Shown: positions 42,321 to 57,651, counted from the stretch's first letter. The stretch: DNA of 64,000 nt from Eledone cirrhosa (GCA_964016885.1 OZ024753.1:4588001-4652000); one strand, 5' to 3'. Translations and numbers: made by a program. The notes: generated from the letters alone by a model not told the origin.

Positions 42321-44778
42321 TTTTCTGTCTATGTTATAGTAGCATGCATGGAAATGTGAATATATAGAACAGAGAAAACACCTGGAAAATAGTTCATGAA
42401 AGGTAACGTTATATCCATTGCTATAAAAAAAACAAATACAACTTTATGTTAATTAAGTATACGTTGCTGAAGTTTAAGTCTTACAACAATCTTGAAATAT
42501 TGAATTGGTTTATTGGCAGGCTTTCCCTTTGGAACTTAGCATGTATGTATGCATGTTTTCACGGTTTGGGATTGGAAAGGTGTAGAGATAAGGGCCGCTA
42601 AAATATAGGGCTGCATTTCAAACGGTTTGTGAAGTTTTATCTAAGAGAATACTACTTAAGAGGTTTCCGTAGTGTTATTATAGACGATGTTTTTGCAATG
42701 TATCACGTTCAATGGCTGTATATGTTAAAGTGTGGTAACCAGACTATGAGATGCAACAAGGCATCCATCGTAGTTCGTTTCAAGGTCTTGCAAAAGCTGG
42801 ATAAAAACTTCTACACCAACAAATAATGTCCAAAACTGTCACTGTATAATATAATTATTAACAAATATTTCAGCATGAAATCCAAATCTACTGAATGAAC
42901 CATTTGAATAATTTCGTCCATAAATGCGTGCTTGTAATGCATTCTCATAAAGGCTTACCCTCGTCTACCTATCAAGGTTACCTTGATTTGACTTTAGAAT
43001 TAAGTTTTAAATATTATAATGCATATAAAGAAGAAGATATGGAAATAGGAAGGTGTATTGGATATATTGCAATATAATTTATAATGTGAGGTATAGTTTC
43101 AACAAATACGATGTAGTTATATTTATTTCAACATCACTGGAACATCATATAATATGGTAACCGATGTTTATTATGTTCTAAATACATCGATCAGCTTTAG
43201 TAATCTGATAAAATAACATTTTCGAAACATTCCCTTGGTTAATTCTATTATCCTAATGTTTACTGCCAATATTCCTCATTTCATTAGGTTCGATGTTTAA
43301 ATGTAATTATTGAATTGTACATACAGCATGGAAAATTACTCAGTATAGTACTAGGGAGGTTTTAATAATATTCAGTCAAATAGAACTGCATGCATTAATT
43401 AGTTGATGTTAAAATGTTAATTAATTAAATATAATGATGGTGCTTAATAACGTACCATGTAAAGTACATATAAAGTACATGTGAACATGGATGTAATTCT
43501 AATGCTGAATAAGTGTTTCATTTCAAGAATGCTGAGTAGTTTCAGGAAAATAGTAGTTTAGAAATCATGGGACAATTATTTCTACACGGGAATTTAAGCA
43601 CAAGATATGTATGTTTGAAGAAATACACATTGTTGCTCAGTTCTTTGGGGACACTTCTTTTAATAGCTCTCCCTTTTTTCTTACTTATTTTTGTTTTTCA
43701 TTATTATTTTATTTAATATTAATGAAGACATCAAACTAACTCACATACTCTGTCATGTTTGTTTTTTAACGTAGAGCATAGTGGTTTAATCATTGCACGC
43801 ATCCTGAATGTTGCAGAGTCGTTTGTTGTCACGAAGTGGTGGAAGCCGCTGACTGAGATTCTACGAGAATAGCCAAAAGTAAAACGCCTGGTAAGGGTTG
43901 TAATACCATATAGAAAACCCAAATTTGTAATAAGTTTTTATAAAATAATAGTGAGGACACTGAAACAATCGGGAGAGAGATGACATCATTAGGAGAATAT
44001 AAATCTATGAGCGGATAGGTTAAATTCGGGTGTGAAGGAGCTAGAAGATAGAAAAAGGGTTCGGAGTAGGAATAAAAATAGATGAAGGCGCATAAAAAAT
44101 CAAATAGAGGAAAATAAAATGAACGAAACTTGTCAGCAGTTGACCACCTATGATTTCTCGATTCAAGAGGGTATAAGTAAATAAAAACCTTTTATTGGGG
44201 GATATACCTATACAAACATAAAAAGTAGTGTAGACAAGATTAGAAAAATGATTGTAGACAATATATTATAGGTTCCAAAACAAAACAATATTTCACTTAT
44301 ATTAGACATAATTAATAAAATGGATTACATTTTACCTCTCGACTAAAGCCATAGCTATATTAACGTTCTGCCTACTAATTTCAAGAAGAAACCTTTTTTT
44401 ACCAGAGACTCATTGGCGAGACAATAATCCACACAGTAGCACAGGCACGATACTACAATATATCTGAAATTTCTTTTCTTATAACCCCACTGCACATCTA
44501 TATAAAGGTACACAAATACCGAACAATTGAACGAACCAAATCAGAAAATCCGACCAACCTAACAAATAAGTAATAGTGAACAATGATAACCAAAGCGACA
44601 CACAGAAACATCACCACATATTCAATTACCCTGTCACAAAACAGATGTTTTAACTCAACAAATCAACGCCCCCCACACGCAAATCAACCACTAAATATTT
44701 AGCGTCTAATGAAATAAACCTGAAACTCATACCTGAGAAATAAGTTTAAACCAGATTTAACCATCTTAAAGAAACATT

Positions 44779-44812
<34 letters not shown>

Positions 44813-47301
44813 ACACACACACACACACCCATACATACACACATATACATGTATGTATATATACATGTATGTATATGTGTGTGTGTGTGTATTCGTGTGT
44901 GTATATATGTATGTGTATTCATGCTAGAAGTTCTAATGCTAAACAAGAGGAACTTAAGTTATAATTTCGGATGAAAACGAAAGTAACAAAAACATAAGTG
45001 ACAAACACTATAACAATAATTCGTGACACATCTAAAGCTGCGAGACTAAGCTTGAGACAATTTTATCAATTAAAATCTGATTGAGAAGACGTTAAAGAGA
45101 GCTTACCTGTCAATATATAATTGAATGATACTTTACCTAGTTGTCGACATATAAATATCCTTATTAAAGACAGATTCGTCATGTGTATCGCTAATTTTCC
45201 ACAACCAAATGCAAGTTTTCCTTTTACACTAGATCTTTTAAATGTAATGCCTTTGTTTGTTTGTTTCTTTATCAATTTTATTTTGTTTTTAAAATACTAT
45301 AATTATTGTTGATGTGATGTTTCAAGTATAGAATTATATTCGCAGAACGAATGGGGAATATATATTAAAAATATTGCGTTATATACAATATTTAAATTGA
45401 TCAGTTAGGAAACGACTTCGTCTATTATCTAGAGGCGAAATAGAATTGTATACTGACAGCATGACTGTCAGTTTTGAATGTCCAATTAAAAAGATTACCA
45501 CTCAAAATGAGACAAGTACTTAGGAAAAGTGAATATATCAGATTCACAAACAGACATAAATACATACACATATATAAACAACTAACTTTACACTACAGTC
45601 TAAAATTCAAACTAAAAATCGCACATATTCATTTGCATATTTGTATATATATATATTAATGGGCTCTATGTTTCTGTGTATGCGTGCGTATCGCTGCATA
45701 TGTATTCAATCGACTACATACAATAGAGAGGTTTTAAAGCTCATATATTAAGCACTTTTTATGAATTTTCCACTATCTTTCGGACTGAGGTTACTGCGTT
45801 ATACATTTACGTATGTATACATTACATATATATATATATATATATATGTGTGTGGGGGGGGGGTGTAATACATGCATGTATGTGTATATGTATATATTTA
45901 TATTCATATATTTATATTCATTTATTATGGCTAAGTGGTGAAACTTCATATTAACATGTCACACCAATTAGCCAACATTAAATGGCTATTATTCTGTAAG
46001 CTTAGATGATCGTACCAAATTCTCTTCGTCGATATGTTGTAGCCGCTAAAAGGTTTGTGTTCCTGGGTCTGTGTATGTTCATATACGTTCAATCTTACAC
46101 GTATATGTAGTGTGTGCTTCTGTACATATATGTCTTTGTTAACTTGTTCGTTGTTACGTGTGTGTGTGTGTGTGAGAAGTGTTAAGGCTGGCATTTGTAA
46201 TGGTTGCCCGTGATTGTGCCAATCACAGTTTTCCATTGACATAAAAAAAATGTTCTTGCAAGAGTTGTAAATCACGGAATATGTTGAAAAGTATTTCATG
46301 CAAACTCCATGCATTTCAGTGCGCATTCATTAAAGCTACGATTATTTTTCGAACAAATACAAAAGCAGATATTATAGATATAGATATGTATCATAACAGT
46401 CATATATGGAAGGGTTTGAAGGGTGTAAGTTGGAGTTCTGAATTTGTTGATATCTCTGAAATTATTTATGATAACCAAAGTAACTAATATGACTGAAACC
46501 CCATCAATAACAAAGAAATCATCAAAGACCGAAGACATATAAACTGTTATCATATTTATTCTATCTAATTCACTGATAGCTTGAAAATTAAATATTGCTT
46601 CCAACCAATGTATATGGTTCTATTCTTCAAGTGTAGTGACCGTTGCTGTTACATATTGTCTTTTATATATCTCATACATAATAAAATATTTTTAATCAAT
46701 ACTCTAGATGGAGATGAATAGGCAATTGCTATGCACTGTGATACAATGCAAACTTTCACTAAAATTCATCTTAAATATCTATGAGTTTATTCAGCTTGCT
46801 AAAAGTCAGCAACTACTTTCATAATTCTATAATTGCCCTATAGTTTTAATTTGTAAACTTGAGTGAATAGCTCTCTATACGCGAATGTATATTGTTTAAG
46901 AAATTAATCATTACGAACAGTAGGCTTTGGAAGAAATCATATTAGTCCAGTGCATTTTTGCGATGGCTTGAGACATCGAACGTTCAAATGATGGTATTCT
47001 TATGCGTTAGTCATGGAAATGAATTAAAGAATACACCGAGATGTGAGGCCATATTATGTGGTCTATGTTTAGAAATTATTCACTGATCTTTCATATCGAA
47101 CATCTTTGATATCTTCAAAAATAACTGAGCAGAATTTGTTCATAGCATCTGTTGATTTCCTGACACAGACGCACACATACTCACACACATGCACACGCAC
47201 TCAAATACATACATACATTCATACATACACACACACTCATATATATATATATGTATATATAAAGAGGAAATTGAGGTTTACTTGAAGCCTTGCGTAGTGA
47301 G

Positions 47302-47689
47302 ATATAAACGTTTGGAGTTAGAAGGTCAGAACAATGCAGGTATGGATATAGAATATAAATACAAATGCAAAAGATATCGCTGACAATTAGTCTTTTACCT
47401 TAAATTTATTTGAATATCCTTAATTTTCGAGATAATATCTCTTCTTCGAAGGGAAGTAAAGGCGTTAATGCAGTGTTCTAATTAGCTTGCCAAGTCATGA
47501 CTTCGCAAGTTAATTAGAACACTGCATTAACCGCTTTACTTCTCTTCGAAGAAGAGATATTATCTCGAAAATTACGGATATTCAAATATATTTAAGGTAA
47601 AAGACTAATTGTCAGCGATATCTTTTGCATTTGTATTTATATTCTATATCCATACCTGCATTGTTCTGACCTTCTAACTCCAAACGTTT

Positions 47690-47693
<4 letters not shown>
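47302..47693. mobile_element. 196-bp-arm fold-back element with a degenerate hammerhead in each arm
   Basis: Mirror about 47497/47498 with several mismatches. The arms contain TCGAAGA-A-GAGATA t TATCTC-GAAA-AT-TA, and the right arm runs into (TA)n. Confidence 0.75.
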
Positions 47694-47721
<28 letters not shown>

Positions 47722-47746
47722 CATGTATATATATATATATGATATG

Positions 47747-47794
<48 letters not shown>

Positions 47795-47826
47795 GAACAT
47801 GTATATATATATATATATATGATATG

Positions 47827-47863
<37 letters not shown>

Positions 47864-47878
47864 ATAATAATAATAATA

Positions 47879-47976
47879 GTAATAATAATAAATTTGAAGA
47901 CTAAAATCCAAAGAGGGCTCGAAAGGGTGAAAGCAGCGATTCTTTGCTTAAACTTTAATCTGTTATTTTAATAAAT
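47879..47976. mobile_element. Two outward-facing ends of the 48561-family element joined directly
   Basis: The ...CCAAAGAGGGCTCGA|AAGGGTGAAAGCAGCG... junction, flanked by (TA)n. Confidence 0.75.
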
Positions 47977-48030
47977 ATATATATATACAACGTTATTAAA
48001 TAAATGGAAACTATATATATAAAACCATAT

Positions 48031-48092
48031 TATTCTATTATACATATTTCAAGGGTACCAAAAACTTTAGCACGCACTCATCAGATAAAATA
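48031..48092 (-). ncRNA. Type I hammerhead ribozyme motif
   Basis: The minus strand reads TATTTTAT-CTGATGA-GTGC GTGCTAAA gtt TTTGGTAC CCTT-GAAA-TATGTA-TA-ATAGAATA. Short inverted ends lie near 47996 and 48182. Confidence 0.78.
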
Positions 48093-48279
48093 CAAAGTTT
48101 GTGTTATAAAATATTGGCATAACCAGGAAAGAATAACTTAACGGTTCAAGTTTTTCCTGGATAGTGTTTCCATTTATTTAATATAATTTAATATTCTATT
48201 CCAGAAAATCTGTCGAGTGCTTTGAATCAGTTATAAACATTTATATTTGTTGAATTACCAACAAATTGAATATCCCACT

Positions 48280-48542
48280 TGGTTATATACAAAAGTGACA
48301 CAGAGGAGACCGAGGTTAGCTGGACATGCTCACCGACATCCAGAGTTGACATTGCACTCAGTGCTCCTCTGGGAGCCCCTACATGGACACACTGGAAGAG
48401 GAAGACCGAGGTTAACGTATGTTGATGCCCTAAGGACAGACACTGGTCTTTTGGAGACGCAGGACATGGCAGCGATAATGAGGGACAGAGACCGCTGGAG
48501 AGAACTCGTCCATGGATCTCGGGAATTTTACTCGCCCTAGAA
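48280..48542 (+). pseudogene. RTE/RTEX-like LINE 3' fragment
   Basis: RRPRLAGHAHRHPE....VLLWEP.HG...RGRPRLTYVDAL..DTG......MRDRDRWR is a typical RTE C-terminus, followed by (TA)n. Confidence 0.8.
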
Positions 48543-48560
48543 TATATATATATATATATA

Positions 48561-48941
48561 GTAATAATAATAAATTTGAAGACTAAAATCCAAAGAGGGC
48601 TCGATAAGGATAAATATATATCAAATATATAAGAACCGTAGAGCAATGAACCACATAATAGAATATTAGTCTACGACTTCTTTTATACCATAAATGTGGT
48701 TTTGTCTTTGCGTGTAATTGTTTTTCACCGCTCCAAATAATAACGTATTATATTCGTTTTTTCCCGTTCTTTGCCAGGGAAAGTTTCCACGAACCAAAGT
48801 ATCGTCTTCTTGTCTTCCTCCGGTTGCAATGTTTTTTTAAATATTCACTTCTGCGTTCACAGATTGACTTTGTTAGTTTCAGAAGATCCCGTTAAGGGTG
48901 AAAGCAGCGATTCTTTGCTTAAACTTTAATCTGTTATTTTA

Positions 48942-48946
<5 letters not shown>
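48561..48946 (+). mobile_element. PLE pLTR-like element with an inverted 3' end at its 5' side
   Basis: 48561-48646 is the inverted terminus. The body carries a hammerhead-like motif, both flanks are (TA)n, and five other fragments occur in the window. Confidence 0.75.
48875..48925 (+). ncRNA. Near-canonical hammerhead (CAGAAGA core variant)
   Basis: AGTTT-CAGAAGA-T CCC gttaa GGG T-GAAA-GCA gcgattctt TGC-TT-AAACT. All three stems pair; U4 is replaced by A. Confidence 0.6.
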
Positions 48947-48990
<44 letters not shown>

Positions 48991-49095
48991 CTATATATAT
49001 ATATACATATATATGAGAGTGTGTGTGTGTACTATATACATACATATATGTATATATGTGCGTGGGTGTGTATGTGTATGTATGTGTACTATATA

Positions 49096-49159
<64 letters not shown>

Positions 49160-50242
49160 CTCATCTGCATCGCTGGAACAGGTGAAAGAGTAATATATAT
49201 GCATATAGATTGAATTTAAAAATGTAAACATATATGATTCCAAATGGCTCTTTTCTTCTTGATACATATGTATGCAGATAATTGGCCCTTCATAAATATC
49301 CCAACGAAATTAATTGAAAATTACGTGGGCAGATTCTGTAGAATTTATCGAAACCCAATATTCGATTATTACTCTTGTATTTAAAAATCCAATATTTATG
49401 CAATTGTGTTTTAACGCTTTACTTTCTTCTCATGCAATCACCTTCAATAATTTGCATATATAGGAAACGCATAAACAACGACAGGCATCCGACAGACATA
49501 TCCTCATGCAGCCCATCAAGTGTGTGAGAGAAACGACATACAGAATCACACCAAATGCATAAATGAAAATGTATGCCGTATGTGGACCTAGGGTGGTGGG
49601 GGAGATTATTGACATAACATAATTTTTCACTGGTTTTATGGAAAGATTTATGTAGCCTAGTATTTAGTTCAAAGTTAACATTTAGATTATTTACCACTTT
49701 ATTATTGATACCGATAGTTATATTTAAGTTATAGTCTTAAAAGAAAAACATGTATTTCTTAGTCTTTTGTAGATTTCTACTATTACTACCAATTGTGAAG
49801 TGGTCAAAATCACGATATAAGCCGACATTAAAAAAAGGAAATCTATTTTTTTATTTTCTTAATAAAATACCGACGAGGTCGTTAAACTGCGCAAAATCAC
49901 TTTATCTCAGTGAAACAAAATGTCATGTGTTTTACCTTAATTTATTTATATATCCTGATATTTCGAGATTAAAATCTCTTCTTCCAGTGAAAATAAACGG
50001 GAATAATCTAGTGTTCGATTGAGCGATATAGCGCGCTCTATCAAACACTGGATAGCCTCTTTTATGTCTGTATATATATATATATATGTATTTTTTTTTT
50101 TTTTTTCTTAAATCTCTATATATATATTTTCATGAATTTTAGTATTAATATTTTGCACATATGATTGCGGGTAAGGTGCACTGAATAAATGCAGATTTGA
50201 AGATAATTCTATTAACCTCTGATATATATATATATGTATGTA

Positions 50243-50321
<79 letters not shown>

Positions 50322-50578
50322 ATTTGTGTGTGTATGCGTGTGTGTGAGTGTGTATGTGTGTGAGTGCGGTATTTTGTGTCTGTCTCTCTGTGTGTTTGTG
50401 TGTGTTTTTGTGTCTTGGAGAGCTCGTACACATACGTATTGAATATTGACATAATTGGTGTTTTTGTCCTCCAATATATCATAATCTGTATCCAAATATA
50501 TATCGCTATAACAATATAAATACACATACATATATATAAATATGCCTCCATATATATATATATACACCCATGTAATTC

Positions 50579-50688
<110 letters not shown>

Positions 50689-50690
50689 TT

Positions 50691-50764
<74 letters not shown>

Positions 50765-50766
50765 TT

Positions 50767-50877
<111 letters not shown>

Positions 50878-51228
50878 GTAATACTGTTTGTCTACGTTTG
50901 TGTGTGCGCGCGTATTTCAGTATTTATGTTTGTGAGTTTGTGTTCGTGCGTGTGAGTGTTGATTATTCCTATAGAATGAATATCAGAACTTCTGATGCTT
51001 CAGGTTTGTATATTTCCACTTATTTCCAATTAAAATACTGTGTAGAGAATACTATAAGACCAAACAAAATTGGTGTGAGTTCGGAGACTTATTAAAAATT
51101 ACAAAAATGCCAGCAGGATATTAGTAAGGAACGATATCGTATGACATTTATGATGTTAAAACATATGTAAGTAGGTTGTAGTTCACCTGTGACAAATATA
51201 TGTGTATACCTGTGTGTGTATGTGTGTT

Positions 51229-51259
<31 letters not shown>

Positions 51260-51264
<5 letters not shown>

Positions 51265-51317
51265 AACCATCGACCGGATTCGAACACAGGCATACATATA
51301 AAGAAAAATATATGCAA

Positions 51318-51361
<44 letters not shown>

Positions 51362-51419
51362 TTGCATATATTTTTCTTTACATGTATGCCTGTGTTCGAA
51401 TCCGGTCGATGGTTTGTAT
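51260..51419. repeat. Inverted repeat (~62-bp arms, 1 mismatch) around a (TA)n centre
   Basis: TACAAACCATCGACCGGATTCGAACACAGG... is mirrored on the other side. Confidence 0.85.
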
Positions 51420-53439
51420 GTGTTTTTTCATGTGTATGTACTCAAACGCAAAATAACGTATAAGACACAATTTTCTTTTGCTGAGAGGCAATATCTATCA
51501 CTCATACCATCTTAAACTAATAATTGTCTTGTCCACCCCAGGAAAAGTGGATATTATATCTACACATAAATACTTAGGAAGAGACAATATTTTCTGACTA
51601 AAGGTTTATTAGTGTTATTTTATTTTTCATGTGCATTTTAAATACGTATTTTTTTCTGTCGTAATATATTAACAAAACTATAAATTATATCAACTAAATA
51701 ACACGAACAGTTATATTTCTCTGCCTCACTTTGCTTTCATTTCTTCTATATATAATGCATATTCATATTCATATATATCTGAGTGGGTGCGCGATTGTGT
51801 GCCTGAACAGTTGAGTGAATGTGTGCATGAATAGGTGCGTGACTGAACGTGAAGTGCAAAGAACAAAGTCAAAGCAGATGCCGAAAGTTGGATTTGCACT
51901 GGGTTTTTTTATGTATATCTAGGTATAAATTTAACAAACCATAATAACTGACAAATATTGGTCTATCTCACCACTGAATTGGAGGTAAAACTACAATTAT
52001 AACATTACTAACAATGATTATAATTATTATTTTTTGTTAAATGTATACCGTTTCATTAATACCTATAATTATATCTATATATAGTTGTACAAATATCTTT
52101 ATCTAGTGTAACATAATCGTAGTTACATTTATAAATAATTTAGACCCTCAAATGACTTTATATTGTTATGAGTGTTTGGTATTCCCAGGAAGGTCGAACT
52201 TATATAATCATTTACTTAATATAATATAATATAAAATAATATAATATAATATAATTTATTTTAACTTATTTTGTTTTATTCTATTATAATTAAATTTAGA
52301 TTACCTTCAGCTTTTTCAAATATTCAGCGCTTATTTATATCACATTCGCTAAAATATTTTAGAGATATCTTTTTTCCATACTTTATTGAAACCCTATTGC
52401 ATTTATTTCTAATTTTGGGCATCTTTAAATTTCACAAATAATTCATTTTCTTTTATTTGTATATTTATTTTGTATCTAGCCCCTATCACTAGGACTTATA
52501 GTTTTGATTTATATCTTTATAGTATATATCAACTAAATGAAAATAATTGATATAAATCATTAATTCTTTAACAATATTTTAAACTATGTATATCTTTGAG
52601 CAATATCTTCAGGAAATTATTTACTATATTGCAATATTGCAATATAATAATAATAATATATTATTTATATTTTAAAGGTATCACCTTAACTATGAACAAA
52701 TAATAAACTATAATCTTGGTATTTTATGATCAATGCATATATATAGTTGAAAATTCTGACTTCTTTAAGTTTAATTACAAGGCCGGTTGATACTTTAGGC
52801 ACTCAAACTATTTAACAATAAATTTTTTATTAATTATAACTATAATTATCTTATAAATTAAATTATAGAAACTTTTGTCAACATTATGAGTAATTTTGGT
52901 AAAGATTACCTTCGTGAGGATATAAAACATTATATATATTTTTTCTCTTTTCTCGTGTTTCGTAAATCCTTTAAATTTGTTTTCATAAAATTTGAATTTT
53001 AGAAATTTAACATAATTATATTATAATATTAATACAAATACCTATTAACTTTTAAAACCTAAAATATGATTCTTTACCCTGAAATAACATAAATTAAGTA
53101 TTTTGAAAATTAACTGCCAACTATATTATATAGAAATCTGTGTGTATAGAAACTTGAACATAAATTACTCCCCTTTGTCTCTCTCTCTCTCTTTAATCAT
53201 CTTTCATCTGTCTTCTCAAGCCACATACTAAATATATCACATCAGCTGTTTCTTCCTCTATGCTTTCTTTTCCCTCCTCTTTCTCTAGTAGTTTTTAAAA
53301 ATTAAAAATGTTATAACTGTTATATTGATGCCATGTATTTCTTAAAATCTATTACATACACCCTCTTTATTGTTTGTATTACGTTATCTCATGTTCTCAA
53401 TATTAGGGTATAAATATTGAGTTTTGTCATAAGTTAATC

Positions 53440-53704
53440 ACTACCTTGATTGAATCTTAACCATCTACCATGTCAGGGTATGTCATGTATCATTTTATTT
53501 TATCTGATGAGGACGTACTGTTGAACTTAACTCAGTACATCTGAAATATGTATAATAAAATATAATTGATCACAAGAATATCTATTTTGTTAATATTTTG
53601 AATTAATATTAATAACTCTGGAAAACATTTCACTGTTGAGTGCTTCCAATCTATTGTAAAACTCATTCTTTGATGTATTTATTGAACCTTGTTTAATTCT
53701 TAAA
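53440..53704 (+). mobile_element. Non-palindromic copy of the 5632-family pLTR-like element
   Basis: Colinear but diverged relative to the reverse complement of 5632-5890; ends in (TA)n. Confidence 0.8.
53496..53562 (+). ncRNA. Type I hammerhead ribozyme motif
   Basis: TATTTTAT-CTGATGA(53504)-GGACGTACTG ttgaacttaact CAGTACATCT-GAAA-TATGTA-TA-ATAAAATA. Differences from 5931-5995 fall mainly in loop II. Confidence 0.85.
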
Positions 53705-55041
53705 TATATATATATATATACATATATATTTATATACATATATATATATATACATATATCATATACATATATGTATGATTGGATTATGTACGTGTATGCG
53801 TATTGAATATAGATGTGGGAATGCGTGCGTATATAATATATGTACATATATTCTATTGCATTGCTGACCAATGCAATAACATGAACCTATCACATAAGCT
53901 CACGAAATATTATAACTAGTTAATTGACTTTTCCTTTAACAACCATTTTCGTTTAAAACATCTACCATATTTCCATTATGCATGTCTCTCTTAATGCATT
54001 GATATAAACAGAGATCTGGCTTAAAAACTAGATTTGAAAATCTCATATTTTTACTGTTCATTTAGCTAACGCAATTCCTCCTTTTCATTGATATTCTAGC
54101 AAATGTATCTAAACAATCGAAAACCACTCTCGGAATCTAAATGCGAAGTTGTCAGAATTCTAAGCAACAACAATAACCTGAAATACGACTCAGTCAACGA
54201 AATGTATTTTGAACACGAATCTGAGAATAAAAATGACTAAATATCATTTTATTTGTTGATACCTATATTACCATTTTTGTTGTTGTTGCAGTGGTGGTGA
54301 ATATTAACCAAATATACAGGTTTATATTGATTATGAATATACGGCCAGACTCAGGGGAGAGTTTGAAGCCTTTTCTCTACTTAATGCATGGCAAAACATC
54401 AAAAACAACTGTTTCAAGAATGCACCTATATTCCGATTGATTTGTATAAAAGAATGCATAAAAATATTAAATGCAGTCAATGAATTATTTTCTAACTCTT
54501 GTTCCTTTATATAACTGGCGCTTGGGGACGGTCTTTTCCATGTGAAAAGAAAGGTATATTGTTAAAAGCCTATTTGCAACACATATATAATGAGGAACAA
54601 TAACTATAAATTTATTAATAATGCAATCTTCACTCACGCATATACTTACACATTTAATGTGCATAAGAATATATACACATTCATATATGTGCAATAAGTA
54701 TAGGTGTACACTAATGCATGTATGGATATAACTAGGACTATGCTCATATGCATTAGCATGCACTTATATTTGTCTGTATCTCAGTTAAATATAGAAGCAA
54801 TTATCTGCTTTTATTTCTTATCCATATGATTTGTATCTCTTCATCTGATATACATCTCTATATTACAAGATATCTATTCAGTATGTATGTCTTTATTGGC
54901 TCCTTGTGTAAACCTCTCCACACAACGACTGACATGCAACTGCACACAGACATTCCTACACACACACATATATATACATATACATGTCCATATACACCCA
55001 GACATATGTGTATATATATATGTGTGCGTGTATATATAAAT

Positions 55042-55077
<36 letters not shown>

Positions 55078-55133
55078 GTGGGGGGGTGTATGTGTGTGCG
55101 TGCGTGTGTGGGTGTGTGGGTGTGTGGGTGTGT

Positions 55134-55241
<108 letters not shown>

Positions 55242-56704
55242 GTGGTTGTGCTCATGCATTTGATTATATAGGTATTTCAGTGCAGTTTTAAGGGCGAATA
55301 ACATAGATAAATGCAGATAATTTCGTTTACAACCTGCTTAAGATATCCGGATTCTCGGGCGCTACTACGAAGACTATATACATCAATGATTTCACCCATT
55401 CTCCATAAAATAAACCTAAGTGCATCTCACTGAATTTTTGGTTCCTTTCCTATTAGTTGCAAAACCTTTATAGTCTAGGAAAGTTGTCATATAATATTGT
55501 TACATTATTTATATTTCTAAGTAATTTATAAACGTACATAATGGAAATATGCTTACTCAGTTAAAAGCTCATCTCCTTCTGAAGAATTGATTTGCTAGGA
55601 GCGTTAGATTCGTCTTCATCGCTGTATTAAGTTTTTTGTCATTTTGTAACTATTTTATTGCTGGTAGCTGAGTCACAACATCGCTGCTTTTTTTCCTATT
55701 TCTCTGTTATTCTCAGTAGTTTATCGACTGTAATCCTTCTTTAATTTAGTGAACGTGCTTGCCATGATTGTATTGCATATTATCGTGCTATGTCTCGCGA
55801 ATTAAATCATAACCTTTTCATAGCTCAAGTGGATATAGTGTGCAAAGGGTTTAAACACTGCAGGCATCGAGATGATGCCGTAATATTTTCCTTTATTTAA
55901 TCTATTAAATATCGAATTTTGTTCTTCCATATTTTCTAATTGTAATGATTGTAATTGTAATGATTGTTAATGATAGAAAATAATCGATTGCATTAGTGAT
56001 ACATATTTCATCACTAGAATAGTGTTTTCACCCGCCAGTTATGACGGATAAAATTTTGTTACGTCTTTTACACCCACAATATTTTCGATGAAAATAATTT
56101 ATATAAGAAAAGACAATTACTCAGACGCACGAATACCGCCGCCATTTTAGGTAACGTACGATAGATTAAATATTTATATTGTCAATTTGGGTTTAGAATT
56201 CGCACTATATATTTAATTACAAAGGTGAGCGAATATAAATAAAAATTTAGTTAACAATATGCGAACGTGTTTATAAGAAATGAATATATCAATATACTTG
56301 GGCCTAAACTAAATATAGCATTTCATGTGTTGACAATTAAATGAAACAATCGAAGAAAGATCAAGTTGAAAATGAAAACTTAGTCATTAATATTTCATGT
56401 GGTTTGCTTTTTCTCTTCCAGGTTATGCTTCCTGGTTATTTGTGTTGCCTCAAAAGATATTATTCTTTCCTATGAATTCATTTTTATGTGAATCCATGCT
56501 GCATACTTGAAAAATAACACCTCTCATAGCTGAAATGGATATAGTTTGCAAAGGAAATACAATGGCGAAGATGCGAATGAAAAATACAATGAAAGAGATC
56601 GAGAGAAATTACTTCAAGTTTTGAAAGTGAAATAAAGAAATATAACCTGAAATGCCCACGATAAAAGGTAGATAAAGAACAAAGAAGCCTGAGTTAGTAG
56701 AATG

Positions 56705-56841
<137 letters not shown>

Positions 56842-57300
56842 CTTCCTAGACTAGATGTGAAGCTTTCAGCTCTGTGTATTTCATATACGTATTAGCCTGT
56901 GTGCGAATATGTGTGAATTCAATGCCTATGTATATGTTTCTTTACCATATTAAAGCTACTCACAGCTTAATCATTTCACATATATATGCCAGAAGCTAAA
57001 AAGGGAGACTCTGTGAATCTAATTTACCATTCAATTCTAAAGAGTGCTGCAGTAGCCTAAAGCAATATTTTAGAGACTTTCGGAGAGAAAGAACAAGACA
57101 ATGTTAAATAACCACTGTTATAACAGCGACCTAAACAATTATATATAAAAAATAGAATTAGCACATGATAATAATTTCAATTTGGAATTCTACACATTTT
57201 AACCATTCTTGAACATTTCTATTTATATAAAAGTCATTAAAGATGCATGCATGTATATAAATATGCATATATGTATGCATATATATACATATATATACAA

Positions 57301-57358
<58 letters not shown>

Positions 57359-57399
57359 GTATGTGTAAATATATATATGCATATATGTATGTGTATATA

Positions 57400-57465
<66 letters not shown>

Positions 57466-57614
57466 AATATATATACACATACATATATGCATATATATAT
57501 ATACACATACATATATGCATATATATATTTACACATACATATATACATATATATATTAACAAGTAAACACACGCACAAGCATATAAATATCTATATCTAT
57601 ACATAGTATGTAGT

Positions 57615-57651
<37 letters not shown>

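Noticed and set aside
51900-53440. Very AT-rich stretch upstream of the 53.5-kb hammerhead as a decayed PLE ORF
   Set aside because: Plausible by position, but no RT or GIY-YIG motif was legible.
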